Of a stretch of DNA of 28,304 nt, positions 1-10,163 are shown one piece after another. The notes under the pieces are model-generated. The model did not search any database. It had not been told where the DNA came from and was given only the letters and a program-made list of their open reading frames with translations. The position numbers and the translations under genes are program-made. The number at the start of each line of letters is the position of its first letter. The stretch's first letter is position 1. Source of the stretch: a virus (taxonomy: Duplodnaviria > Caudoviricetes). Location: IMG/VR virus record IMGVR_UViG_3300027668_000074, positions 1 to 28,304 of that record, one strand, 5' to 3'.

Positions 1-475
1 AACCTGTGTACAATCCATTTGTAACACTTTCCCAAACTTTGTCGTCTTCAATCTTCATAGAAATAACCCAGCTACCAACAGGAGCATCTAAATCATAAAT
101 AGCAGATTTGTCTTTTACTTCATCTTCGACTATCCAACTTTCAAAAACTGTTAGATTATTTGCTTTCATTTCATGCTCTAATGTTGCATTAGATTGGTTT
201 CCTTTTTGAAAGAATAATTCGCTTGCTCTTCTAATAGTATCTTTTGAAAAATAAACGTAATATGTTTCTTCGCCATCACGTCTAAAAATTGGTTTTGACG
301 GAATTAAGGCAGCCCCCATTACAATTCGTTTTTCTTCATCTACTTTTGCCAATTTAATTTCTTGGTCTTTTAAAGCCACCCATGAACTTTCAATTGCTGG
401 CATGGAAACTAAGGAAACTGCATCTACTCCAGAAACCTCGTTCTCTTCGTCTAATAATAATTCTATAATTTTCAT
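1..475 (-). CDS. XkdF-like putative prohead serine protease (3' end truncated by window edge)
   Basis: Not in ORF track; manual translation from ATG 475: MKIIELLLDEENEVSGVDAVSLVSMPAIES...KRIVMGAALIPSKPIFR...ATLEHE...VFESWIVED...PVGSWVISMKIEDDKVWESVTNGLYTG, the XkdF-like pattern that usually continues FSIEG. Confidence 0.85.
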   Translation of the reverse strand, partial: MKIIELLLDEENEVSGVDAVSLVSMPAIESSWVALKDQEIKLAKVDEEKRIVMGAALIPSKPIFRRDGEETYYVYFSKDTIRRASELFFQKGNQSNATLEHEMKANNLTVFESWIVEDEVKDKSAIYDLDAPVGSWVISMKIEDDKVWESVTNGLYTG

Positions 476-487
476 TGTTTTTTGTTT

Positions 488-3379
488 TTAAAAAGTGGCT
501 TGATTTATAGTGTTATTTTGTAATTGTTGGGCGTTAGTAACTGCTCCAGCTACAACAAAGGCTTGTATTGGTGGTTGACTTGACAAAGCCCCAGCAATTT
601 GATTTGTTCCGCTAACTCCAACCACGTTGAAACTAGGTGGCTGACTTGGGCTTGTACCGCCACCGCTAGATGAAGGAGAACCGCCACCGCCAGTACTTCC
701 AGAAGGCGAAGTAGGTGTAGTTGCTGTTGTTTTTGAAGGTTGATATTTTTGTGCTGCTATCATTGCAATTTGCGCTGCTGATGTGGTTATAGCAAAAGCA
801 AGAGAGGCAATACCAGCTGGGTTTGGAACAGGGCCAATTGCAACTGGAGCCATAGCTAAAGATGAAGTAATTGCTTTTCCAGCATCAATTACAGCCATTC
901 CTAACTGTAAAGCTTTATTAAATTTAAATTGTTTTCTAGCAGCTGCTTCCTCTTCTTTGCTTCCTTTTTCAAGGTTTTTCATTTTATGAGCAAAAACTGC
1001 ATTTCCTAAAGATTGAATTGAATTTAAAGCGCTAGCTGCCATGTCCAAGCCATCATTAGCAGCTTGCAGTTTAGCTTGTCTTTCTTCTTCTCTAGCATTA
1101 TCATCGTATTCTTTTCTTCTTACAGCATACCCATTTTGAATTTCTTCAATTCTGTTTAAATGTTCATTTTGTAGCTCTTGTTCTAAAATGTTATTTCCAT
1201 TTGCTAATTCAAACTTTTTATCATATTCTTGAGCTAATTCTAAAAGTTCTTGCTCTTCTGCTGTATTTCTAATTCTTTGTAATTCTTGAAATTGCTTTTC
1301 AGCTCTTTGTAATTCAATTTGGTCGTCTGGTTCGTCAACTTTTTTAGCTTTCTCCTTTTTTTTGGTAACCTTCTCTACTTCAATTCCTAAAGATTTAAGT
1401 CTTTTTATTTCTTCATTTATTACCGCAATTTTTTTGTTTTTTACAATTAATTCTGATTCAGTTGTTGCCTCAGTATCTGTTATCAACTTAAGCTCTTGTT
1501 GTTTTAAAAGAATTAAATCTTTTGTCTTTTTTACAACTTCATCTGTTGCTAATGCGTTTAAGTCAAGTTCATTTGTGTTTTCATTAGTTTTTTCAGATGT
1601 TTTGTCCGTTGTAATACCAAGACGCTCCATTAAAGCATTTTTAGCTTTTATTAAACTGTTTCCTTTTTCTTGCTCTTCTTGAAAATCTTTTTCAGCAGAA
1701 TTTAAAGATTCTATTTTAAAAAATAAATTATTTTGTTCTTTGCTTAATTTTGATAATCCATCAATTTTAAGTTTATTTTGTCCATTTCCTTCTACTCGTA
1801 ATTTATTTTCTCTTTTTTGTATTTCGTTTAATTCTTTTAAAACTTCGTTTGGAGAAGTTGCTTTAATTTCAATACCTAAATCAGAATATTTCTTTCTTAA
1901 TTTAGCAGTATATTCAAGTGCCTTTGCTTCTTTTTCTAAAACATTGTTTAATTCGTCAGCAGTTTCTTGAGCTTGTTCTTGAATTTCCTCTTCTCTTTCT
2001 TGTATTAATATTTTATTAATTAATGACTTGTTTATTTCTTGTATAGCTGCATTTAAATCTTTATTGCTTACAGTTTCAGCATTTATGTTTTTTAAATAAT
2101 TTGGATATTGTTTTTGTAATTCTAAAACCAAAGATGTTCTTTCTTCTTGTGTAGTATTTACATTTCCTAATTCTGCTTGAACCCTGAATAAAGATGTTCT
2201 TTCTTTTTCTAAAGATTCAGATAGTTTTTCAGTTGGCGTTATGAAATTTAAAAGAGATGTTGTTGCTTGAACGATGCCTCTAGCAATGCTACTAAACAAT
2301 CCTTCCCCATCTTCAATAGATAATAAAAACCCTTCCCATGCAGAACTCAATTTAGTTGTGTCTCCAGCTAAGTTGTCTAGCCTTACTTCTGCCATTCTTT
2401 TCGCAGCTCCAGCAGAGTTTTCAAACGACTTTGTTAATGCTTCAATTTGTGGTCTTTTGTTAGCTAAAACCGATAAAGCTTTTCCACCTACTTCGCCAGC
2501 CAACTCCATTGCAGTATTCAAACTGTTTGAACTATTTTTAATTTTATCTAAAGCCTCATTTAATGGTATTCCTTTTTTATTTAAATCTATAAACGCTTTT
2601 GCTAATCCTGTCCCAGCTCTACTTCCTTTTATTCCGTTATTTGCTAAAACAGCCAACAAAGCAGAGGTTTCTTCTACGCTTCTATTTGTTGCTGCTGCTG
2701 CTGGTGATACGTTTTTAAAGGCTTCTGTTAAACTAGAGAAGTCTAAAGCACTTTCTGAAGTACTTGCAGCCAATACATCAACAACCCTTTGAGTATCTTC
2801 GGCTTCTAATCCAAAAGCATTTACTGTTGAACCAGCCAAAGTCGCAGCTTCTGCCAGCCCCACTTCCATTGAGGCTGCTAAATCAAGAGTTGCCTTTGTG
2901 GAAGCTAATATTTGTTTTGTGCTGAAACCCATTTTTGCAAACTCCGTTTGAAGTTCACCAACTTCAACTGCTGTAAACTGAGTTGTAGAGCCAAGATTTT
3001 TTGCAGAAGAGGCTAGAGCATCTATTTCGGAGGTTGTAGCTCCAGAAACAGCTTTTAGAGTTGACATTTGCTTAGCAAATTCCGCCCCTTTTCTGGTAGC
3101 CATAACAAATAAAGAACCAAGCCCAGCAATTGCACCAACTGCTCCACCAATAGCTAAAGCTTTAAAAGAAGTTCCGAGGTTTTTAACTTGACCTACTGCG
3201 CCTTGTATAGACGAAGGCAAAGCATTAAAAGCAGAATCAACTCCCTTTATACTTTTAGTTGCTGACTTTCCAGCATCTTCAGTATTTTTCTTAAACCCTT
3301 TTACGCTTGCATCTGTCTTTTTTATAGCAGCATTTGCATCGCCAGTCTTAATTACTAAATTGACTACTTTTGTTTCCAT
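488..3379 (-). CDS. Tail tape measure protein (TP901-like core)
   Basis: 963 aa, Ala-rich helical; core 'LGSTTQFTAVEVGELQTEFAKMGFS', 'LANNGIKGSRAGTGL', 'RLDNLAGD...LSSAWEG'; coiled coils and hydrophobic C-terminal segment. Confidence 0.92.
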   Translation of the reverse strand: METKVVNLVIKTGDANAAIKKTDASVKGFKKNTEDAGKSATKSIKGVDSAFNALPSSIQGAVGQVKNLGTSFKALAIGGAVGAIAGLGSLFVMATRKGAEFAKQMSTLKAVSGATTSEIDALASSAKNLGSTTQFTAVEVGELQTEFAKMGFSTKQILASTKATLDLAASMEVGLAEAATLAGSTVNAFGLEAEDTQRVVDVLAASTSESALDFSSLTEAFKNVSPAAAATNRSVEETSALLAVLANNGIKGSRAGTGLAKAFIDLNKKGIPLNEALDKIKNSSNSLNTAMELAGEVGGKALSVLANKRPQIEALTKSFENSAGAAKRMAEVRLDNLAGDTTKLSSAWEGFLLSIEDGEGLFSSIARGIVQATTSLLNFITPTEKLSESLEKERTSLFRVQAELGNVNTTQEERTSLVLELQKQYPNYLKNINAETVSNKDLNAAIQEINKSLINKILIQEREEEIQEQAQETADELNNVLEKEAKALEYTAKLRKKYSDLGIEIKATSPNEVLKELNEIQKRENKLRVEGNGQNKLKIDGLSKLSKEQNNLFFKIESLNSAEKDFQEEQEKGNSLIKAKNALMERLGITTDKTSEKTNENTNELDLNALATDEVVKKTKDLILLKQQELKLITDTEATTESELIVKNKKIAVINEEIKRLKSLGIEVEKVTKKKEKAKKVDEPDDQIELQRAEKQFQELQRIRNTAEEQELLELAQEYDKKFELANGNNILEQELQNEHLNRIEEIQNGYAVRRKEYDDNAREEERQAKLQAANDGLDMAASALNSIQSLGNAVFAHKMKNLEKGSKEEEAAARKQFKFNKALQLGMAVIDAGKAITSSLAMAPVAIGPVPNPAGIASLAFAITTSAAQIAMIAAQKYQPSKTTATTPTSPSGSTGGGGSPSSSGGGTSPSQPPSFNVVGVSGTNQIAGALSSQPPIQAFVVAGAVTNAQQLQNNTINQATF

Positions 3380-3513
3380 TCATTCATTTTTAATTGTTCT
3401 AACCCCTCTTTAATAGTCATTGGAACTTTGTTAATTCCTAAAGCAATGTTTATATTTTTATCGTAAAGTTTGTTTTCTCTGCAAAATTTTAATATTTCAA
3501 TAATGTCCTTCAT
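3364..3513 (-). CDS. Small hypothetical protein (49 aa)
   Basis: Manual ORF MKDIIEILKFCRENKLYDKNINIALGINKVPMTIKEGLEQLKMNEWKQK; TAATG overlap with upstream gene, overlaps tape measure start. Confidence 0.7.
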   Translation of the reverse strand: MKDIIEILKFCRENKLYDKNINIALGINKVPMTIKEGLEQLKMNEWKQK

Positions 3514-5789
3514 TAGCTTGGTTCGTTTAATAGTTCAAAAGATGTTTCTCCAGATTGTAGTTTAGTAGTCATTTTATTTATAGTATAAGTTCTATCTCCT
3601 ATAATAATTAAATCATCTAAAGTCAATGTCAAAAGAACTTTCAAAGGCAATACAGCTTCCATTTTAAATAGTCTTGTTCTAGTGTTAAATACTCTTGTTA
3701 TATAATTTTCGTAATAAGTTTGAAAAAGACTGTTGTTATTACCGCTATAATCTGTTAATGTAAAGGTGTTTATTTCACTACCAAAGTTTAAATTATGTGT
3801 TGGTGCTGTTGATGAACTTCCAACTGTATTACATACGCTAGGCATCCAAAATGTTGGCAATGTAAATCTGCTTCCAGCTGGACCTAAAGTGCCATCTGCT
3901 GGTCTAGTTGCTCCAGTTATAAAATTTACTGCAGTACCTCTTGAACCTACATTTTGAAATATTCCATAAAAAATTAAAGGTGCACCAATAGATGGTTTTA
4001 ATTCTGTGTCCATAAATGTTCCAACTTGAATACTTGTTGGTGCTCCTTGATTATTTAATCTTTCAAACAGCATTTGTTCAAATGGGATTTTTATTTTATA
4101 AATGTTCTTTTTACTTACATCAGCAACATAATTTAATTCACCATATTTTTGGTTATTAGCTAATGCAAACTGTTCTGCTAATATTGATTTAGGTTCTGAA
4201 TATTCGAAATCAATTTCGCTAAATGGTATCGTTTCTGAGATAGTTTGTTTATCTGTTTTAATAAATTTTGTTAAATCTTGAGTTTGTCCACCAGCATAAA
4301 AAGAATCTATTGTTTCTATTATTATTTCATTATTATATTCTAAATAAGCAGTTAAATTATATTGCCTAAATAATCCATTTAAAAAATCTTTTATTTTAAT
4401 TTTTGGAATGTTATCTGAAATAATAACAAATTTTGTTGTAATGAAAGTTGATTGATTCGTATTCATTGTTCCAGATAAATTCACAGTAGCAGCATCTACA
4501 TAAGTTCTATTTAAACTTACAGAAAGAGATGCTCCAAAATCATCTTCACAAATTATCCTAACTGCAAATTTACTTGCTTCATTATTATTCTGCATACTCC
4601 ACATAAGTAAATCAACCCTATTTAATCTATTACCAGATGGAGAATTTGGAAGTAATGGATTTGTAAAAATGTTAATTGATAAACTTTGATTCCCAAAATT
4701 TCTTCTGCTTTCTGCAAAAACCTCCATATTATTTAATCTAATAATTTGAAGTGTGTACGGAACAGTTGTGCTACTTACAGAGGTTGTTACTGTGTAAACT
4801 GTATTCTCTGTGTCTACGGTTAAATCTGGTCTGTAATGAAATACTCCAGTAGGTAAATCAAAAAATCCTCTAAAATTAATATTACTTTGATAGTTTACAT
4901 CTGTTAAAGCTGTGCAGTCAGAGCCACTACAATTAAACATTGAACCACCTCCTGATGTAGTAGTGTTAAATAAAAAACTTTTCCTTAATATCATTGCTCC
5001 CTTTTCTCTGTGCAACCACATATATAAATTTGTCATTGCTGAAGAATCAAAAAACTTTCCAGCTTTAAAAACTATATTATATTGTTCTTGAATTGCCTTA
5101 AGAATTATTTTTAAAGTTATGGCTGGTTTTAAATCTTCTGGGAAGACTCCTCTTTTCGTGATGTTTTCAGGCTCAGCTCCTATTGATATATTTAATGGAT
5201 TACCTTGAGCATCACCATTAGAAGTGTCATAAACATAAGATGATGAATGAGATATTAAAGGATATATTATACCCTTGCTATAAGAAACGCTATCTACAGT
5301 AAAATCTAACCCTGTTTGTAATCCAGCTTTTACATTATTATCAGTTGCCTCGTGATTAAAATTATCTAGCCATAATAAATCACTCAATTGGTCCTCATTA
5401 ATAGCGTTTTTAAAGGCTACAGTATCACCAAAGAAAGTAACCTTATATAGTAATGGTTTCCCATTTTTTAATTCAACCTCGTTAAGTTGTATTTTTCCAG
5501 TTTTAAATTCAAAATGATTTAATTCTATTTTAGCATTTGAAAATACTTGATTATTAAAAGCGTCAATGTCTGGATTATACCAGTGTTTAAAAAATTTGTT
5601 GTTTGTTTTAGATGCTGGTAAATTAAAAGTCTTAGAATAGTCTGTGAATAGTTTTTCAATATCTTTTATATCTTGTATTACTGAAGTAATAGAAATTAAT
5701 TCTTCTTCCATTAAATCAACTCTTATAAAATCTTCAATAACTGTAGAATTAACTATGTCAGGTTGTATGTAAAGAATTACTTTTTGCAT
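3513..5789 (-). CDS. Putative virion tail/baseplate structural protein
   Basis: 758 aa, beta-rich; 'DYSKTFNLPASKTNNKFFKHWYN' N-terminal pattern of Bacteroidota phage tail proteins; next to tape measure. Confidence 0.65.
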   Translation of the reverse strand: MQKVILYIQPDIVNSTVIEDFIRVDLMEEELISITSVIQDIKDIEKLFTDYSKTFNLPASKTNNKFFKHWYNPDIDAFNNQVFSNAKIELNHFEFKTGKIQLNEVELKNGKPLLYKVTFFGDTVAFKNAINEDQLSDLLWLDNFNHEATDNNVKAGLQTGLDFTVDSVSYSKGIIYPLISHSSSYVYDTSNGDAQGNPLNISIGAEPENITKRGVFPEDLKPAITLKIILKAIQEQYNIVFKAGKFFDSSAMTNLYMWLHREKGAMILRKSFLFNTTTSGGGSMFNCSGSDCTALTDVNYQSNINFRGFFDLPTGVFHYRPDLTVDTENTVYTVTTSVSSTTVPYTLQIIRLNNMEVFAESRRNFGNQSLSINIFTNPLLPNSPSGNRLNRVDLLMWSMQNNNEASKFAVRIICEDDFGASLSVSLNRTYVDAATVNLSGTMNTNQSTFITTKFVIISDNIPKIKIKDFLNGLFRQYNLTAYLEYNNEIIIETIDSFYAGGQTQDLTKFIKTDKQTISETIPFSEIDFEYSEPKSILAEQFALANNQKYGELNYVADVSKKNIYKIKIPFEQMLFERLNNQGAPTSIQVGTFMDTELKPSIGAPLIFYGIFQNVGSRGTAVNFITGATRPADGTLGPAGSRFTLPTFWMPSVCNTVGSSSTAPTHNLNFGSEINTFTLTDYSGNNNSLFQTYYENYITRVFNTRTRLFKMEAVLPLKVLLTLTLDDLIIIGDRTYTINKMTTKLQSGETSFELLNEPS

Positions 5790-6956
5790 TTATCTAATGT
5801 TATTTACCAGATTAAATGATTTTTCAAAACTCATAGTGTAATTAATTAGCTTGTCATTTAATCCAGTTTTTCTTGTAAATGAACTTTCTTTTAAGTTTAC
5901 TGGGAATATTCTTGAAATTATACTTTCGCCTAATTCTAAAGGAGAAAGGTCTTGTAACCAAACATATTCAGATACTAATAATTCTTCAAAGTATGGATTA
6001 GTTAATTCATTAACAAAGCCACTATTTAACAAAATAGATTCTGTTGCGTTTGAATTAAAAGTTTTTTTAGAATGGTTTGTAGTGCTATAAGTGTTAAAAG
6101 AAACTGTTTCATCGCACGCACCTTCTCCACTCTCAGGCTCTCCTAATAGAACTGACCTAGCTTCAAAAATACTTGCATTAAATTGTTCTCTGGTTGCTGA
6201 TAAAGTTTCTATTGATTTTTTAAAAAAGAATAATTCTTGAAAAGCTCCCCATCTATTTAAGAAAACAATTTTGTAAACTTTGTATTTACATTCTTCAATA
6301 GGATTTAATTTTATTATTTTTGACCCTCCACTATAAATAACTTTTAATTCATTAGGATAATTTGAGGTACTTGTCCCTTTTGCAGCATATCTTATTTTTT
6401 GGTTTTGGTTTCCGTTATCTGAAAAGGTTTGAGTTAACAGAATAGTACTATTAAATTTCCATTCAACTGAATTTACTAATTCATTATTAACAGGAATTAT
6501 TACAGGTTCACCAAGTTTATAATCATAATAATTAGATGAAATCATTGCATAAGGCTCAACAGTATAATTTGCCCCATCTTTAAATTTATTATATCCCTCC
6601 TGTGCTAAAAATGAAGTTGTTGTTGGTGTTTCTATCATTGCTCCAGCAGAAGTTCTAGCAGATGTTACAACTGAAACCCACACAGATTGTGTTATGGCTG
6701 AATTAGAATAATTAGCATTATAAATTTGAATTATTGCATCGTTTACTAATTCGCTAATATCAAAAGAAACTGAGGTTTCTGTTCCTATTGGTTTTTTTTT
6801 TAAAGAATAGAATTGATAAATAGAATCACATTTAGGAACTGAGTCAAGTACTCCTGAATGTACACTTATAGTAATCTGAAAATAATAAAGATTTGGACTT
6901 CCTTGTCCAGGTGTTCTTATGAAAAATGGACTTCTTGTTCTTATTATTGTACTCAT
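5790..6956 (-). CDS. Putative virion structural (tail) protein
   Basis: 388 aa in tail cluster; 'FLNRWGAFQELFF', 'LNSGFVNE...FEELLVSEYVW', 'LINYTMSFE'. Confidence 0.6.
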   Translation of the reverse strand: MSTIIRTRSPFFIRTPGQGSPNLYYFQITISVHSGVLDSVPKCDSIYQFYSLKKKPIGTETSVSFDISELVNDAIIQIYNANYSNSAITQSVWVSVVTSARTSAGAMIETPTTTSFLAQEGYNKFKDGANYTVEPYAMISSNYYDYKLGEPVIIPVNNELVNSVEWKFNSTILLTQTFSDNGNQNQKIRYAAKGTSTSNYPNELKVIYSGGSKIIKLNPIEECKYKVYKIVFLNRWGAFQELFFFKKSIETLSATREQFNASIFEARSVLLGEPESGEGACDETVSFNTYSTTNHSKKTFNSNATESILLNSGFVNELTNPYFEELLVSEYVWLQDLSPLELGESIISRIFPVNLKESSFTRKTGLNDKLINYTMSFEKSFNLVNNIR

Positions 6957-6962
6957 TATATT

Positions 6963-7508
6963 TTAATTTGTTTCTTTAAATATTATGTCTAAGGCATCTT
7001 CTAGCATTGATACAGCAAATTGACTTCCGTATTTATCAATCCCAGCTTGTAATGGCTTACTAAAAAATCCAGTAGCTTTTAAACCTTTCTTTTTAATGCC
7101 TTGAGCCAGTACAAAACCAGTTGATTCATAAGTGATGTATCTTCCTTTTTTATCTCTAAACTTTAAACCTTTTCTTTTAGCAAACTTTGCAAATGTTCCA
7201 GTCGCTGCCTCTAATCCAATTAAATTGCTAGACTTTTTATATTTAAACTTTGTTTTTTTGTTTTCTACATAACTGGAATTAACTCCATGAACTCCCTTGT
7301 CTTGAAATTCTCCGTAATTATCCATACTAAAACCAACATTAAAACCACTTTCAAACCTTCCGCCACTATCTTTGTTCTGTTTTATAAGGTACTTAAGGCT
7401 ATTATAAAGGCTTTTACTGCCATTACTTTTGTTTTTGGATAAGTTGCCCCTTGACTGTTGAATAACGTACTTAGAATAAGTTTCTATGGTTCTTTTTAAT
7501 CTGCTCAT
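6963..7508 (-). CDS. Putative neck/tail-completion protein
   Basis: 181 aa, basic; 'SLYNSL', 'MDNYGEFQDKGV', 'IKKKGLKATGFFSKP' resemble HK97 gp10-like neck proteins; structural context. Confidence 0.55.
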   Translation of the reverse strand: MSRLKRTIETYSKYVIQQSRGNLSKNKSNGSKSLYNSLKYLIKQNKDSGGRFESGFNVGFSMDNYGEFQDKGVHGVNSSYVENKKTKFKYKKSSNLIGLEAATGTFAKFAKRKGLKFRDKKGRYITYESTGFVLAQGIKKKGLKATGFFSKPLQAGIDKYGSQFAVSMLEDALDIIFKETN

Positions 7509-7509
7509 T

Positions 7510-7962
7510 TTAACAATATGTCATATCATCAGCAACACCAACTTGAAAATTAACTTCCCATCCAGAAAGATTGTTTTCAAAACTTGGCAGCCTTTGAGCA
7601 TTTACAGCACCTTCTAATTCAAATTTGTTTCTGTATAAGTTAGCTTTCTTTAATACTCTCATAACTCTAGTGGCCAAAGCAAACTGAGTATTTTCAACAT
7701 CTTGTTGATTGTCGTTTCCTAAAAATAGGGTAGTGTCTGGGTCTTTGCTAAAATCTACTAAATCCATTAAGTAAAGGGTTACGTTAAACGTTACATAGTT
7801 TTCGTTTATCTCAGCATTATTAATTTCAATATGAGCTAATGGAAAAAGACTTTGTTTGCTTAAGTCAATTTCATCTATTGACCCATAACTTACATTACTG
7901 TTAAAAGGTTCTGCATTTACTGCCTCTTTTATACTATCTATTACTTTATAAAAACTCTTCAT
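7510..7962 (-). CDS. Putative tail terminator-like protein
   Basis: 150 aa, acidic; 'LFPLAHI', 'FENNLSGW'; size and position typical of tail completion proteins. Confidence 0.5.
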   Translation of the reverse strand: MKSFYKVIDSIKEAVNAEPFNSNVSYGSIDEIDLSKQSLFPLAHIEINNAEINENYVTFNVTLYLMDLVDFSKDPDTTLFLGNDNQQDVENTQFALATRVMRVLKKANLYRNKFELEGAVNAQRLPSFENNLSGWEVNFQVGVADDMTYC

Positions 7963-8216
7963 AATTGTTTTACATATAATGGGGTATTTTCTCCTAATTC
8001 AACATTTGCTAAGTCGTCCATATAATCAACTGATTCGTCAAAATTCCAGCCCTCTATATTTACTAAATGGTCTAAACATTTCCAATAATCATAAACAACT
8101 CTAACTGGTTTTGTAATTGTTGTTCCAACATAGCATTTATTAAAACTTCTAATTATTACAGCGTTTTCTCCGCCCTCAGTATCTAAAACTTGATTTATAA
8201 TATCTTCGTTTGTCAT
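7959..8216 (-). CDS. Hypothetical protein (85 aa)
   Basis: ATGA overlaps at both ends; 'RVVYDYWKC', 'GENTP'. Confidence 0.7.
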   Translation of the reverse strand: MTNEDIINQVLDTEGGENAVIIRSFNKCYVGTTITKPVRVVYDYWKCLDHLVNIEGWNFDESVDYMDDLANVELGENTPLYVKQL

Positions 8217-8470
8217 TTTTTGTTGCTCTTAATAATGCTTTCTTCTAATTCGTTTTTATCTTTTTCAAACGCCAGCATTAAAAAACATTTATGTGCTGGT
8301 AATTTTGTTATTTCTTCAATCTTTCTAACATCCCCATGACAGAGTGCATAGATGGAACTAAACCATCCATATTTTTGAGCAAAGCCTTCAGCTCTGGTGG
8401 GGATTCTACTTGACCCTGCTTCGCTAAAAATTTCGGGATAAGATTCAAATACTCTTTTTTTAAATTCCAA
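8213..8470 (-). CDS. Probable -1 frameshift extension (gpT-like) of the upstream chaperone-like gene
   Basis: 85 codons in the -1 frame of 8308-8949, overlapping it by 163 nt; only a TTG start, located inside a T9 run; stop couples by ATGA to next gene. Confidence 0.7.
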   Translation of the reverse strand: MEFKKRVFESYPEIFSEAGSSRIPTRAEGFAQKYGWFSSIYALCHGDVRKIEEITKLPAHKCFLMLAFEKDKNELEESIIKSNKK

Positions 8471-8949
8471 AAAAAAACCAACGCTCCAAAAACTATGTCT
8501 AATCTCATGTTTCTCATATCGTATTTAGTTGAACTTTCATAATCTTCAATCAAATACTTTTCTTTTTTAGTAAATATTATTGGCCTATATAAAACCCCCA
8601 TTGCCTTGTGCATTAAATTCCACTCAGTTAATTCGTCTACATCAGCAAACGCGCCCAAAGTAATTTTGTCTAAATCATATATAAAACCAAACTCTTTATT
8701 ATTTAATTTAAACCTATCTACAAAAGTTGTTTTATCAGTAAATAGCTTTTCTATTGAGTTTGTAATTTCATCAACGTCAGTAGCTCTTATATTTAAAACA
8801 TCTTTAAGAGTTACTTTACAAAATATTTCAATCATTTTTTGCTGTAGAAATAAACTCATTTCTTTTCCTTCAGCAACTTTTAACCATTGTTGATATTGTA
8901 TTAATGTTATTTCTTTTAAACTTGTTGGGATGCTTAGTGTTAGTTTCAT
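8308..8949 (-). CDS. Putative tail assembly chaperone (gpG-like)
   Basis: 213 aa upstream of neck/tail genes, carries slippery run GTT TTT TTT TGG AAT TTA AAA AAA; function inferred from frameshift architecture. Confidence 0.6.
   Translation of the reverse strand: MKLTLSIPTSLKEITLIQYQQWLKVAEGKEMSLFLQQKMIEIFCKVTLKDVLNIRATDVDEITNSIEKLFTDKTTFVDRFKLNNKEFGFIYDLDKITLGAFADVDELTEWNLMHKAMGVLYRPIIFTKKEKYLIEDYESSTKYDMRNMRLDIVFGALVFFWNLKKEYLNLIPKFLAKQGQVESPPELKALLKNMDGLVPSMHSVMGMLERLKK
8455..8479 (-). promoter_or_regulatory. Putative programmed -1 ribosomal frameshift site
   Basis: Minus strand GGTTTTTTTTTGGAATTTAAAAAAA; in-frame heptamers T TTT TTT, T TTA AAA, A AAA AAA. Confidence 0.65.
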
Positions 8950-8990
8950 ATTATTAATCCGTTTAATTTTTAGTATTGATATACACGTTT

Positions 8991-10163
8991 CTAAAATAAA
9001 TGATATTCGCCTCTGTTTGGGTTGTCTAAAACCATCATCATAGAATAACGAGCTGAATCGATTGCATGGTCGCCAGTCATGGGGTTTGGTTTTTGGAGTG
9101 AATTACCTAGTTTGTCTTTCATCCAGACATAGCCTTCCAGCTCTTTCTTTAGGTTCTTGCTTTTACTTGTTACAAATACCTCGTTTTGATTAATTAGATT
9201 AATGCCATAGACTATAGAATCCTTTCCTTTAGTTACTGGGAATATATTAACTCCGCTCAATCTTATTTCTGCAATAGATTTTGGTTCTGCTGAATCTGCA
9301 TAAATATTACAATCTATATTATTGTTTTTAATAAAGTTGGAAATATCTCTGTTAAGCATTCCTGTTTTATAAAGCACTTCGTCAAATATGTAACCATCAT
9401 TATACTTATATAATAAGCACATCGAACTTGGGTCAATTGAATAGCCAAAATCTAATCCAGCTCCTATTAATCTTGCTTCATTAGGAACAGAATTAATCTC
9501 TTTCCAATTAGGAATGCAAGCCCCTTCAAGTGAGCCAATTTCTCCCAACCCATAAACACGCCACCAATTCGCCCAGTAGCTGGAAGTTTTAGCTTTCTCT
9601 TTAGCTTTCTCTATTTCCTTAACAATTGATTCTGGTAAAGATTCGTTGTCCTTGTAGGTTAATGTAAGAAAGTCTGTATCTGGTTCGTTGATAAGTTCTT
9701 TGTCTGCCCAGAATAAGGAAGTAGGGTTGTAATCTAACCAAATACAATTTGAGGTTCTTATACTTAGTTGTTGATATGCATCAAAAGGAACGTTGTTCGC
9801 CTCATTGATATACAAATCTGTCCTTCTTGCTCCGCGTAATTTATCTGGCTGGTCAGTTGAAAAGAACTCAATATATGAGCCAGTATCAAACGTATATTTT
9901 AAAGTGCTTCTATTAAAAGAACTTTCATAAAACCTGTTTAATCCTTTAAGTATATTAATAAAATCTTTTAAAGCTCCTCTTCTTAAATGAGGAATTGATT
10001 CAGCAACAACGCTTATTTCTTTGTTTTCATTTGTTCCAGCATAATGAATTAATAAACAAAGAATACCAATTGTTTTTCCAGCAGATGTTCCGCCTCTTAC
10101 AATTTTAGTTCTTGATTCTAAATCTTTTAGTTTAAAAAATGCCTTTGTTCTTTTAGGTATCAT
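8991..10163 (-). CDS. terL: Terminase large subunit (PBSX/SPP1-like)
   Basis: Walker A GGTSAGKT, Walker B LYINEAN, coupling motif DYNP, nuclease motifs GLDFG, ADSAEP, DHAIDSARY. Confidence 0.96.
   Translation of the reverse strand: MIPKRTKAFFKLKDLESRTKIVRGGTSAGKTIGILCLLIHYAGTNENKEISVVAESIPHLRRGALKDFINILKGLNRFYESSFNRSTLKYTFDTGSYIEFFSTDQPDKLRGARRTDLYINEANNVPFDAYQQLSIRTSNCIWLDYNPTSLFWADKELINEPDTDFLTLTYKDNESLPESIVKEIEKAKEKAKTSSYWANWWRVYGLGEIGSLEGACIPNWKEINSVPNEARLIGAGLDFGYSIDPSSMCLLYKYNDGYIFDEVLYKTGMLNRDISNFIKNNNIDCNIYADSAEPKSIAEIRLSGVNIFPVTKGKDSIVYGINLINQNEVFVTSKSKNLKKELEGYVWMKDKLGNSLQKPNPMTGDHAIDSARYSMMMVLDNPNRGEYHLF

Noticed and set aside
783-2792. Plus-strand ORFs (783-989, 1362-1682, 1740-1970, 2274-2792)
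   Set aside because: Antisense shadows of the tape measure gene, no recognisable motifs
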